Source of the DNA: an uncultured delta proteobacterium
GTDB taxonomy: Bacteria; Myxococcota_A; Polyangia; Fen-1088
Assembly: GCA_963796685.1 (NCBI GenBank)
Contig: CAWCMR010000013.1
Span: forward strand, 352,001-416,000
Direction: 5' to 3'
DNA: 64,000 nucleotides
Shown: positions 32,995-41,855 of the stretch, in pieces
How the letters are laid out: each line of letters opens with the position of its first letter
How positions within the stretch are numbered: position 1 is the stretch's first letter
Notes under the pieces: generated by a model
What the model was told of the DNA's origin: nothing
Seen by the model: the letters and a program-made list of their open reading frames with translations, nothing else
The model's database searches: none
Made by a program: the position numbers and the translations under genes

Positions 32995-33249
32995 CTACTG
33001 GCGCGGCTTCGAGTGCTCGGCGATCCAGCTATTCAGGATGATCTTGATAGCTTCGCTTCGGCTGACTCGGGCGCTTCCAGCGGGCTTTTCGTTGGACATG
33101 CGTGCGGCTTCCACGTCCAAGGCTTTGATAAGCGCGGCCGACGCCTTGAAACTCAAGGTCGTGTCCTCATCTGCCGGGCGAATCTTGGGCCGTCCCACGT
33201 CGAGGATTCTCGCTCTTTCCTGCCTGGTAGTCGATTTTTCTGCGTGCAT
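32995..33249 (-). CDS. ribbon-helix-helix (CopG-like) regulator
   Basis: GRPK..TTLSFKAS..LIKALD..VSRSEAIKIIL; TTGACT-17-AAAGAT directly upstream. Confidence 0.7.
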   Translation of the reverse strand: MHAEKSTTRQERARILDVGRPKIRPADEDTTLSFKASAALIKALDVEAARMSNEKPAGSARVSRSEAIKIILNSWIAEHSKPRQ

Positions 33250-33313
33250 GGTTACTATCTTTGCCTGTGGTAGTTATTTAGTCAATAAAGAAACGACACA
33301 GGTGTAGGCTCGC

Positions 33314-33715
33314 CTATTTTTCCGCCCCATTGGGCGCACTTTGGCCACGAAGCACTGCGCCTTTTCGTGCAATTCTCGCCGGTGAATGCGCTGGTAGAGC
33401 ATCGGTTCGCGCATCCGAGGCGCGCCCTTTCGTGGCCAGATCGCCAGCGCACCACGGCTCACCAATGGCTTTGAGCAAGCTCGCCGGGAACCATTCTGGC
33501 ACATGGCCGCCCTGCTCAAGGTATAGGGCAAGCTGGCTGCGCAGCTTCACGAGCGCTCGACCGATTCCCGGATCGTCGGGCCGCCCGGCGCAAAGCCAGC
33601 GGTCCACAGTGCCGTCCAGCAGCGAGGTTGCCCCGCCGTGAAACGCCGCCCAAGTCAGAAGCGCCATGATCGCCAAGGCGACTTCGCCGCGCAGATCGGA
33701 CTCGGTCGCGGTCAT
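33314..33715 (-). CDS. hypothetical protein
   Basis: ATGA-coupled to the DUF5681 gene. Confidence 0.55.
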   Translation of the reverse strand: MTATESDLRGEVALAIMALLTWAAFHGGATSLLDGTVDRWLCAGRPDDPGIGRALVKLRSQLALYLEQGGHVPEWFPASLLKAIGEPWCAGDLATKGRASDARTDALPAHSPARIARKGAVLRGQSAPNGAEK

Positions 33716-34392
33716 GGCTCGTCCCTGGCCTTGGGCGGTTCGTTTCCTCGCAAGGTCCCAGCCGCTGGCTGTGTCTGGTCCGCAGATTCCTGCGCCGCCG
33801 CCGGGCCAGCCGTAATCGCTCGCGCTGGCGTCTCGCCGTCCAGCATCGCCTGTATCTCCTCGGGCGACTTGTTGGCCACGTTCTTGCCGAGGAGCTTGAG
33901 CACGAGAGCCACCTTCGCCTGGTCGATCGACAGCAACAGGCGCACCATCTCGCCGAATTCTGACTCGCGCATATCGCCGCTGACCAGTCGATGCCGATAC
34001 ACGTCGACCGTGATGTCAAGCAAGCTGCGCGTGGTGTCGATGCCCTCGGGAATGTTGACGGGCCGTTCTGCCTTGGCGGGAAGGCCGGCGTAGTATTCGA
34101 GCAGCGTGCGGATGGTCTGGTCGCTGCCCCTGTCCCCGCCGATGGCACGGTCGAATGCGGCTTCCATGATCCTGCGAAAACGCGTTTTGTCTCCGTCGAA
34201 TGGTTCGTCGAGAAACCGGGCCACCTCGGTGGCCTTGTCCCTGCCGTTGATGCCGCGGGGGTTCCCTGTCTCACCCTTGCGGAAAGGCGGCCGGAGATTG
34301 GCGAGTCTCCGCGCCCTGGCGGTTGCCTTGGCGTCCATTTCCGCTTCGGTTCCTTGGCCGGTGGTAGGTAGCGAATCGTCCAAGGTGTTCAT
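33712..34392 (-). CDS. DUF5681-motif protein (small terminase-like)
   Basis: NLRPPFRKGETGNPRG signature followed by a helical domain. Confidence 0.7.
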   Translation of the reverse strand: MNTLDDSLPTTGQGTEAEMDAKATARARRLANLRPPFRKGETGNPRGINGRDKATEVARFLDEPFDGDKTRFRRIMEAAFDRAIGGDRGSDQTIRTLLEYYAGLPAKAERPVNIPEGIDTTRSLLDITVDVYRHRLVSGDMRESEFGEMVRLLLSIDQAKVALVLKLLGKNVANKSPEEIQAMLDGETPARAITAGPAAAQESADQTQPAAGTLRGNEPPKARDEP

Positions 34393-34640
34393 GGCTGGCC
34401 CCCTAATGCTTCACCGTTGCCGGGAATCGCGGCGTCTTGCCACCGTTCGCGCCGCGTTGGCGCTTCCCTGGTATCTCGCCGCCTTGGCACGGGCCTAAGC
34501 TCGAAAAGGGGGCAGGACGGCGTCGTGCAGGCTTCGACCTGTTGGCGCCAGGTCCCGCCACCTACAGGATCGAAGATGCAGCCCTTGCACGCGGCGTTGA
34601 TTGCCCGGCGCATACTCGGCCGTGTGGATGCGGGCTTCAT
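34389..34640 (-). CDS. small Cys-rich phage/satellite-type protein
   Basis: RRAINAACKGC..QVEAC..CPLFELRP; ATGA overlaps on both sides. Confidence 0.65.
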   Translation of the reverse strand: MKPASTRPSMRRAINAACKGCIFDPVGGGTWRQQVEACTTPSCPLFELRPVPRRRDTREAPTRRERWQDAAIPGNGEALGGQP

Positions 34641-34837
34641 CGGTACAGCCCTTCGTGTTGCGCCGTCTTGCCAAGGCAAGGCCCTTGCTGCCTCGGTGGG
34701 CTCTTGCGCTTGTGGCGCTCAATCTCGCGCCAGCACCCGAGGCAGACGATTGCACCGGCGGTGAAGTGAGCTTCTCGCCACTCGCTCGCTCCGCAGACGC
34801 GGCATGCCTCGCGCTGCCCAAAGCTTCGTTCACTCAT
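34637..34837 (-). CDS. small Zn-ribbon protein
   Basis: AAGGAG SD; CRVCG..CLGC. Confidence 0.55.
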   Translation of the reverse strand: MSERSFGQREACRVCGASEWREAHFTAGAIVCLGCWREIERHKRKSPPRQQGPCLGKTAQHEGLYR

Positions 34838-35075
34838 GAGCGCTCCTTTCTCTCGCCAGACGTTTCGTCGAATTCGTGCCGCCTAACGTGGTGCCATGAA
34901 CGCCCAACGCGTGCGGGCGCGCGCTGAGCGTGAGGTAGGTTTTCGCCAACTGTGGCGATACCTCATCGCGCGCGTGCGCGCGTGAGGGTTCAACGTGCGT
35001 GTGCGCGCGCGTGAGCTTGAAGGCAGGCGACGATGCGTGCGCGTGAGCCTTCCCTGTTCGTTTCGCCGCGGTCAT
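34830..35075 (-). CDS. hypothetical protein overlapping GCGCGTGAG repeats
   Basis: ATGA-coupled to the primase stop; low-complexity AH repeats. Confidence 0.4.
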   Translation of the reverse strand: MTAAKRTGKAHAHASSPAFKLTRAHTHVEPSRAHARDEVSPQLAKTYLTLSARPHALGVHGTTLGGTNSTKRLARERSAHE

Positions 35076-37624
35076 TGCAATCCCTGCGGCTTGGGCTCCC
35101 TGGCCAAGAACTCACCCACGGTCGGCGCGGGCGCAGACCGCCAGTAGGACCACAAGCGTTGGCCGGCCGCCTCTGCCGTGCCATTCAGCCCCCGGAAGTG
35201 CTCGGCTAGGGCGTCGCGGTCGCCATCGCTGGCCATGGTGCCGGGCTTGGCCCGGAGGCAGTGGGCAAGCTGGGCCAGCGGATCAGGCGCGTCCGCAGCG
35301 GTGGTCAGGTGGTCAGGTGGTGGGCAGCATTTCCCCCCTTCCTTCGTAGAACTATCTTCTCGCGGGAGGGATAGGGGGTTTTGCTGACCACTCCTGACCA
35401 CCTGACCACCGTCCGTCAAGAGTCCGAGCCCATGCCAGCCCCGGACAGATTCCCCGGATACCTTCATTTTCGCGTCGACGATGCCGCGCCGCTTGAGGTG
35501 GTCGCCAAACTCGCGGGCGTGCATCGGGTGCTCGCCCTCGCGGGCGCACCATGCCTCGTAGCTGGTGCGGAGCGCAGAGCGCGACACGCGCGCGTCCGGT
35601 GCCAGTAGGCAGCACTCGCCGAGGTACGGGGCCAGCCGGTCGGACTCCTCGCGATACTCGGCCGTGGCCGCGACGATGGAAGCGCACGCCGATTCGAGGC
35701 ACCGAGGATCGCGCTGCCAGGCCGCGCACCCTACAAGCGCCCAATTCAGGATGCCGGGTAGCTCCGCCCGGAGCTTCGCCGGCAAATCCAGATCCCGACG
35801 CTCTGGCGGAACCACACGATCAAACGGAATGAGCTTGAGACGTCGCCAGATGCCTTCGTCTTGCCCGCGCACGATCGGCTTGTGGTTGCCGGTGAGCACC
35901 ACCTTGTGGGTCGGCTTCCAGGTGACTGGCCCCTCGAACAGGTTTCGGGCCGTCATGGTGTCTGCGCTCGCGAACGCCTTCACTCGTGGTTCGTCGAATT
36001 TGCCGGCGGGCAGCTCCGGAAACAGTGCCCAGCGTGCTCCGCGCAACGGCATGATCTCGCACGCATGCCCCTGGTACTCTTTGGCCATGAGCACCGAGGC
36101 GGGCAGCACGGTCGCGTAGTCACCCAGCAACGCCCCCACCGTTTCGCAGAGCACTGACTTGCCGTTGGCCCCCAGACCGTACAGGAACACCACGACATGA
36201 TTTTTCGTCGAGGCAGTGAGGCAGAATCCGATGAATCGCTGGAGGAATGCGATTGTCTCGCTGTCGGGCAACACCTCGTCGAGAAACTGCGTCCACCTCG
36301 GACACGTGGCCGCCGCGTCGAATGCGACGGGCGCGAGCTTGGTAATTCTGTCCGCCGGGCTGTGCGGGCGCAGTGACCCGGTTTGCAGGTCGATTGCGCC
36401 ATTCGCACAGTTGAGCAACGATGGGTCCGCATCGAATTGCCCGGCCATGGTGGTCAGTCCGAGGTTCGCGGCGGTGGCTCCCTCAATCAGCTTTCGCCGA
36501 CCTGCAACGGTGTTGTAGCGTTTGGCGATCGCCAGACGGGCCTTGTATTGCTGGCCCAGCGGATCGTTGAGGGCATCGCGCAGATACGCCTTTGCAACTT
36601 CGATTGCCTCGCCAAGTAACCAGCACTCGCCCGAATCGCGCACCCACCGCGCGCCGTCGTATCGATACCAGGCGAGCGCATCTGTCGCATACAGGGCGCG
36701 ACCACGAATCAAATCGGCAAACCGCTGCGTCGCCAGCGCGTCCTCAAGCACACCGTCGTAGGACCGGCCGACGCCGTCGGTTGCAATTGATGGATCGTCG
36801 GCCGTCACCGCCGGTTGCGACGCGGGCCGCGGTGCCGGCGTCCATTCTGGCGCCGCTGCAACCAGAGCGCGCAACTCCTCGACGGTGTGCCCGGCGGCCA
36901 ACCAATCGCACACGTCACCTTTTGCAGGCAGGGCGGGCAGTTCGATCACCTTGAGCGAGGCAGCCACGCTGCGCAGCGATTGGGCCACGTGCGCGGCGTG
37001 CTTGGCTCCGGGCGGGTCGTTGTCGGGCAGGATGACAACGTGCCGGCCGGTGAAGGGTTCGCGGAAGCGCTTCGTGTCCCAGAGCTTGGTGCTGCCGGTG
37101 CCGCCGGGGTTCGTGGTCGCAACCAGGCCCAGTGCGGCCAGCGCATCGCAATCCTTCTCTCCTTCGCAGCCGAACACCGGAGCGTCCGCCGGGGCTGCCA
37201 GTAGCGCCGGCAGGCGGTAAGGGATTCGCTCGATGTCTTTCAGGTTCCAGATCCACCGATCGTCCGGTCCGCGCCTCCGCGGTCGAAAGTCTTTGGGGTT
37301 GAATCTGCAAATCTCGAAGCGAACCGCGCCGGCCGTCTCCTCGTAGGGATAGACGGCGACGATTCGTGGCTTGATCGCCGGGGTCTCTGCCCGTGGTGGA
37401 AGGACGTCAGGCCAGGTCAACCCCAGCGCCCTGAGAATCGCATCGCCTGAACCTTCGCCGTGCCCTTGATCGTAGAGTAAGACGATGTCGCCCTGGAATT
37501 CCAGGGATCCAGACGCGTTCTTCTCTTCACGCAGCGGCGATAAGAACTTCCACTTGTTGGCACCTGTTGACCGCAGCTTGTACGGCTGTAGCCTCTGAAG
37601 CAGGAGTGTTTGGCCAGTAGTCAT
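35072..37624 (-). CDS. P4-family primase-helicase (TOPRIM + D5_N + SF3 helicase)
   Basis: CEGEKD..LPDNDPPG..KGDVCDW (TOPRIM); LLNCANGAIDL; GLGANGKS Walker A; GNHKP..IWRRLKLIPF. Confidence 0.93.
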   Translation of the reverse strand: MTTGQTLLLQRLQPYKLRSTGANKWKFLSPLREEKNASGSLEFQGDIVLLYDQGHGEGSGDAILRALGLTWPDVLPPRAETPAIKPRIVAVYPYEETAGAVRFEICRFNPKDFRPRRRGPDDRWIWNLKDIERIPYRLPALLAAPADAPVFGCEGEKDCDALAALGLVATTNPGGTGSTKLWDTKRFREPFTGRHVVILPDNDPPGAKHAAHVAQSLRSVAASLKVIELPALPAKGDVCDWLAAGHTVEELRALVAAAPEWTPAPRPASQPAVTADDPSIATDGVGRSYDGVLEDALATQRFADLIRGRALYATDALAWYRYDGARWVRDSGECWLLGEAIEVAKAYLRDALNDPLGQQYKARLAIAKRYNTVAGRRKLIEGATAANLGLTTMAGQFDADPSLLNCANGAIDLQTGSLRPHSPADRITKLAPVAFDAAATCPRWTQFLDEVLPDSETIAFLQRFIGFCLTASTKNHVVVFLYGLGANGKSVLCETVGALLGDYATVLPASVLMAKEYQGHACEIMPLRGARWALFPELPAGKFDEPRVKAFASADTMTARNLFEGPVTWKPTHKVVLTGNHKPIVRGQDEGIWRRLKLIPFDRVVPPERRDLDLPAKLRAELPGILNWALVGCAAWQRDPRCLESACASIVAATAEYREESDRLAPYLGECCLLAPDARVSRSALRTSYEAWCAREGEHPMHAREFGDHLKRRGIVDAKMKVSGESVRGWHGLGLLTDGGQVVRSGQQNPLSLPREDSSTKEGGKCCPPPDHLTTAADAPDPLAQLAHCLRAKPGTMASDGDRDALAEHFRGLNGTAEAAGQRLWSYWRSAPAPTVGEFLAREPKPQGLQ
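35300..35410. other. putative replication origin: inverted iteron arrays inside the primase 3' end
   Basis: GGTGGTCA x2 + GGTGGGCA (35300-35326) facing TGACCACT + TGACCACC x2 (35385-35410). Confidence 0.65.
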
Positions 37625-37920
37625 CGCCGCGCCTCCGCGGCCAGCGCCGCCACCGTGGCCCGGTCAATGGGCCGGAGGCTGGCCAGGTCCACGCGGATAG
37701 AGCGCCCATGTCGGACACACGGGTAGGTGCCATCCGCAATTCTACGTCTCACCGTTGCGGGCGAGCCGTACCCTAGTCGCACGAGTTCGGCCACGGTCAC
37801 GAGTCGGCTTGGGCTGGCCGCGCGGAGTGCATCCACTGTCGCGCGCAGCTCACGAATTTCGCCAACAAGAGGCGCGACGGCTGCGCCCACGACGTCGGCC
37901 AGGGCGGTGTCGAGGCTCAT
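37621..37920 (-). CDS. excisionase-like HTH DNA-binding protein
   Basis: LVTVAEL..SPATVRRRIADG..RHGRSIRV. Confidence 0.8.
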   Translation of the reverse strand: MSLDTALADVVGAAVAPLVGEIRELRATVDALRAASPSRLVTVAELVRLGYGSPATVRRRIADGTYPCVRHGRSIRVDLASLRPIDRATVAALAAEARR

Positions 37921-38135
37921 GGCCGCACCGTGGGGGTGATGGGCGCCAGCGCCTCGCGCACTATGAGGAACGTGCCGCGATGGATGGGCAGGGCGCCCCG
38001 GATGCGGTCGACCGTGTTCCGGGATATTCCGAGTAGCTTGCAGGTCCTCGCCAACCCTTCGCGGGCAAGCAGATGGCGAACCGCGGCGACTACCGCCGGG
38101 GGCGGTGTAACCAGGCCGAGTTGATTCTGAGGCAT
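37917..38135 (-). CDS. small HTH protein (Cro-like)
   Basis: LARTCKLLGISRNTVDRI; ATGA-coupled to the excisionase. Confidence 0.6.
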   Translation of the reverse strand: MPQNQLGLVTPPPAVVAAVRHLLAREGLARTCKLLGISRNTVDRIRGALPIHRGTFLIVREALAPITPTVRP

Positions 38136-38198
38136 GCCATAATTAGGGCCACGCCCGCGGACCTAGAGACAGGGATACAAAATCCCAGCCGACCAACT

Positions 38199-39494
38199 CT
38201 ATTTTGTATCTGGGATTGATCGTTTGAGTCGATTGCGGACAGCTTTTCGGAGGTTCTGCGGTGTGTGGGGGTCCGGGTCAAGACGCAGGTTCTTTCGGTC
38301 GAGGATCGTCGCCACTGCCCTCCAATCTTTCAAGCCACGGGCATTCAACGCAACAGCAGCGTCCACGGCTGGCTTTGGAGGCCTCTTCCTCGGCCGCCCG
38401 AGACTCTGGCACATGGCCCGCGCCTCGTTGGCCACCGCAGCGAGATCGCGCGCCGTGAGTGCGACTTCGTCGGCAGTACAGGGCTCACCCCTGGCGATGC
38501 AGTCCACAAGCCACGCCGCACGAGGGACGCCGTCAGCAGCCAATCGCGCACCCTCCAGAATGCGAAGGAGAGGCAGCAACACTTCATCTCTCACGGTCGC
38601 AGCGTTACCTGGCGTAACGAGAAGCGGGGGCAGGTCCTGGGCCGCCCGGTCAGCTAGATGCGCGATCTTGGGTGCCAGCATTCTCAATTCTTCGTTGCGC
38701 TCTTGAGTCTTGGCTGCAGCCTCAGCCGGCGCAACGGCATCGCAAGCCGCCGCCCACTTGCCTTGTCGGCGATACTCAGCCAAGGAGGCTTCGGCAGCTT
38801 CGACTGCCTTGGGAGTGTCGCCGTACTCCGAGATCGCATCCTGTAGGAGTTCCTTCCGCATCATGTCTTCGTCGCTGGGCCTTGGCTCCGCCGCAATCTC
38901 CCGCGCTTTGTCCTCCGGCAAGAAGGTGCGGAGGATGGCGACGGTTTGCTCTTCTGCCCACCTGGGATCAACCACTGGAGGGGGCGTAGGCAGGCGGTCC
39001 TGGAACGATTGCCCGTCCTCATAGATCTCGTGCATGAGCTTGGCCGCTGGACCGAACACACTGCCCAACGCGTTAAATATCTCGAAGAATTGGTCCTGCT
39101 CCACCTTCGGCAGATTCGCCCACCACTTCCGAATTGCTTGCTCGTCAGCGTCGGATAGTTCGGAGAGAAAGCTCGAAAGTTCTTCCTCAGGTTGCCCTTT
39201 TGGTTCTCGCGTCTTCTTGTAGGCGTCGGCGAGCTGGCTGAATTTCTCGACCGGATCAACTTCGCACTTGCGGTTGCCTTCACTCTTTCCCGTGGACGGC
39301 CTCGGGGCTCGCTTCTGGCGGGCCTTCACCGCTTCCCCGGCATCTTGCCCAACCTCGACCGTGCTCGTCGCACTAGTGCTCGCTGACTTCGCCTGGCACG
39401 GATTCTTGGGGGGGGTCGACACGGTTGCATTCCCTGCATTCCGTTTCGAGGAAGGAAGCCGGGCAGGGCCGTGCGGGAATGCGCGCCGGCCCAC
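38199..39494 (-). CDS. hypothetical protein with basic C-terminal HTH-like region (start uncertain)
   Basis: 431-aa ORF; C-terminus GRPRKR..WRAVATIL..LRKAVRNRLKR. Confidence 0.55.
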   Translation of the reverse strand: MGRRAFPHGPARLPSSKRNAGNATVSTPPKNPCQAKSASTSATSTVEVGQDAGEAVKARQKRAPRPSTGKSEGNRKCEVDPVEKFSQLADAYKKTREPKGQPEEELSSFLSELSDADEQAIRKWWANLPKVEQDQFFEIFNALGSVFGPAAKLMHEIYEDGQSFQDRLPTPPPVVDPRWAEEQTVAILRTFLPEDKAREIAAEPRPSDEDMMRKELLQDAISEYGDTPKAVEAAEASLAEYRRQGKWAAACDAVAPAEAAAKTQERNEELRMLAPKIAHLADRAAQDLPPLLVTPGNAATVRDEVLLPLLRILEGARLAADGVPRAAWLVDCIARGEPCTADEVALTARDLAAVANEARAMCQSLGRPRKRPPKPAVDAAVALNARGLKDWRAVATILDRKNLRLDPDPHTPQNLRKAVRNRLKRSIPDTK

Positions 39495-39718
39495 GGTTCG
39501 GGGATCAGTCCGATCCGCTGCCCGGATCTAGAGTAGCAGCTTAATGCAGAAATCGACGTTGCAGCTCTGGGATCGCCTACCGTGCCCATGGGCGGAACCA
39601 TGCCTTCCGTATCGCGCCTGCCGGTGGTCAGACCGCGCGGGCGCTTCTGTTTCAAGCTGCCAAGGACGGCGGCGGATGACTAGACGGCCTAGGCCGGCAA
39701 GCGTGCCGGAGCAAGGCG

Positions 39719-40015
39719 CTACCCGCCCGTGACCCTGCGCCTCGGCTTGATCGGCCGGCCGACCGGCCGTCGGATTGGGGGCTCGGCAGACCGACGGAAT
39801 AGGCGCGCCAGGGGTACACCAAAGGCCTCCGCCGCTGCCACAACGGTTCTGAGTGTAGGATTCAAGGCCCCATATTCGAGTTTTTGCAGGTGCTTGAGAT
39901 CGATCCCCATGGCGTCGGCCGCCTGCTGCTGCGACCATCGACGGGCAGCACGTAGGTGCGCCAGATTCGCGGAAAGATTCCGCTTGGCGCTCTCGAAGGA
40001 CGGCTGTGAGACCAT
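39719..40015 (-). CDS. XRE-family HTH regulator
   Basis: NLAHLRAARRWSQQQAADAMGID..LEYG..NPTLRTV..AEAFGV. Confidence 0.85.
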   Translation of the reverse strand: MVSQPSFESAKRNLSANLAHLRAARRWSQQQAADAMGIDLKHLQKLEYGALNPTLRTVVAAAEAFGVPLARLFRRSAEPPIRRPVGRPIKPRRRVTGG

Positions 40016-40153
40016 GTCCCACCCGTAGCGGCAAACGGCTCCACCAAAAACCTCACCAATGGGGTAATATGTGCATTCTGGTGCCGACAGACCTTTCCAC
40101 CCGGACCATGGAGAAGGCACCGAAACTAGGTTTTCTTCAAATGGAGGGATGAC

Positions 40154-40609
40154 ATGAAGTGGACGCTTGTGGTTCTCCTGGCAGCCGTGGCCGCGTCTGG
40201 CTGTGGAAGCGGGTCAAGCGACCCACTACAAGGAACTTGGGTCGACAACCCCGGCACGGCGGCGGCGGTCCAGGCGATCTTCAAGGGCGACGCATGGGAG
40301 ATCGATACGATCAGCGTGCTGACAACTGGCTCGACCGGGTTGGAGTCAGATTCAGGCACGTACGTTCTTTCAGGCAGCACGATCATGTTTACGACGACAA
40401 AGTCGAGCTGCGAGGGCGTGGACACTGTTGCCAAAACGTTCACGGCGACATTCAGCACCCAAGGGCAAAGCCTGACCATGAACCTTGGAACGACTGTCCT
40501 CCTATTTCAAAAAGCGACTGCACCACCTCAAGGAATGGGAGGCGCGAGCGTGGGCTGCTTCGACTCCCAGGGCAACTTCACGGTCAACCCGATCAAGACC
40601 GTTCCCTAG
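40154..40609 (+). CDS. lipoprotein (lipocalin-like beta barrel)
   Basis: GGAGG SD; lipobox AASGC; LQGTW motif. Confidence 0.7.
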   Translation: MKWTLVVLLAAVAASGCGSGSSDPLQGTWVDNPGTAAAVQAIFKGDAWEIDTISVLTTGSTGLESDSGTYVLSGSTIMFTTTKSSCEGVDTVAKTFTATFSTQGQSLTMNLGTTVLLFQKATAPPQGMGGASVGCFDSQGNFTVNPIKTVP

Positions 40610-40671
40610 TGCGCCGGGTTCGTTTCGACCGCCTTTTGGCCAAAAGGGCGAGACGGCGTGATAATAGCACC

Positions 40672-41472
40672 ATGAAGAGGCTCGCCTTAGGAGGGATGGC
40701 TGCCCTGACAGCCCTGCTTTCGCATTGGGGGTGCGCGACTCTCACTCCAGAGCAAGCTGCCGAACGAAGGCGGGAGAGGGATGAGGAAAACCAGCGAAGG
40801 GTGATGCAGCGGGAACTCGCGACGTCACCGCCGCCAGTCGCCCCCTACACCGCCCGCCCACCGCTCTGCAACGAGACAAGATCGCCCGGCGTCATCAAAG
40901 TTACCTGCCGGGCCTACGACAATGTGCCATGGTACACAGGGGCAATTTTCGACCAAGTCCATCGGATGGCCGCCGAGTCCACGCTCGCCGCCGGCAAGTC
41001 CTACTTTCAAAGCCTAGGAATAGTGATTCTGGGTGTTCAGACTACCCAACCAATCTGCCGCGAAGAGGTTGATCGGACGTCCGCAGTGCTTGTTGGGATA
41101 GGCAATGCGCTAAGTGGGGCGGGCGAAACTAAGACCAGGTGCTCCACCACTGTGGGCAATGACGTTGAGTGCACCACAACGCCTGCCCCCCCGCCTGCAC
41201 GGCCCAAGTCCAGGACTGTCTGCGAAGGTGGTGGGGAACTTCAATGGATCGACTCGGTGGAGTCCTTTGAGATGCTAGATGCGGATCAGGCTGCCGCTCG
41301 TAGTGATCCCTTGATTCCCTCTGCGAAGCGGCCTATCGAAGCACGCGCGGTTCTCGCGCCAAGAACCGCAATTCAGCCGGTTCCCGCCAGTCGGGTGGCG
41401 CCCATCAGCCAGCCGTCGCGGTCCCGTCAGAACGCGGAAACTGACCGAAAGTCCGACCCCTTCGAGAAATAG
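40672..41472 (+). CDS. hypothetical lipoprotein
   Basis: MKRLALGG..HWGC lipobox-like signal. Confidence 0.6.
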   Translation: MKRLALGGMAALTALLSHWGCATLTPEQAAERRRERDEENQRRVMQRELATSPPPVAPYTARPPLCNETRSPGVIKVTCRAYDNVPWYTGAIFDQVHRMAAESTLAAGKSYFQSLGIVILGVQTTQPICREEVDRTSAVLVGIGNALSGAGETKTRCSTTVGNDVECTTTPAPPPARPKSRTVCEGGGELQWIDSVESFEMLDADQAAARSDPLIPSAKRPIEARAVLAPRTAIQPVPASRVAPISQPSRSRQNAETDRKSDPFEK

Positions 41473-41747
41473 TGCCCAGTCCCGTGTGCGGCGCCTTCCG
41501 GCGATCTTGCACCAGCTAGAGAAGGTCATGAGTTTGGGCACCTCGCAGGCCAAGCTCCCCGGCGGCCCATCGGTTTGGTCTGTCAGGTGCGTCGGATGTT
41601 GTCCTGGCGCATGGTGGCCATAGTGTGCCCAATCGCCCCTAAGAGGTGCCCATTTCTGGCGGTCATACCTTTGCCACAACCGAGAGAAAACCACGCCGTG
41701 ATTGGGGTGACGGTGCCCCTTGTTCACGGGCCGTAAAAACCAAGCTC

Positions 41748-41789
41748 TTAGGAAACCGCCGCTCTATCCACCTGAGCTACGGGGCCAAA
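41748..41789. repeat. att site, right copy (displaced 5' half of tRNA-Arg)
   Basis: TTAGGAAACCGCCGCTCTATCCACCTGAGCTACGGGGCCAAA. Confidence 0.92.
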
Positions 41790-41855
41790 CGGTTGAACCA
41801 TTAGATAGTCTGTTTCGCGGCGGAGATCCATCCTCGGATGCGGCGTTGTTCTCGC

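Larger units (their letters stand above)
31243..41789. mobile_element. integrative element (PICI/phage-satellite-like), ~10.5 kb, inserted in tRNA-Arg(CCT)
   Basis: 42-bp direct repeats 31243-31284 and 41748-41789 (1 mismatch); integrase, primase-helicase, excisionase, DUF5681 protein; no virion genes recognised. Confidence 0.9.

Noticed and set aside
41748-41789. Second tRNA-Arg gene
   Set aside because: Only the 5' half through the anticodon loop is present; it is the att duplicate.
31243-41789. Intact prophage
   Set aside because: No capsid, portal, large terminase, tail or lysis genes were recognised, and the region is too small.
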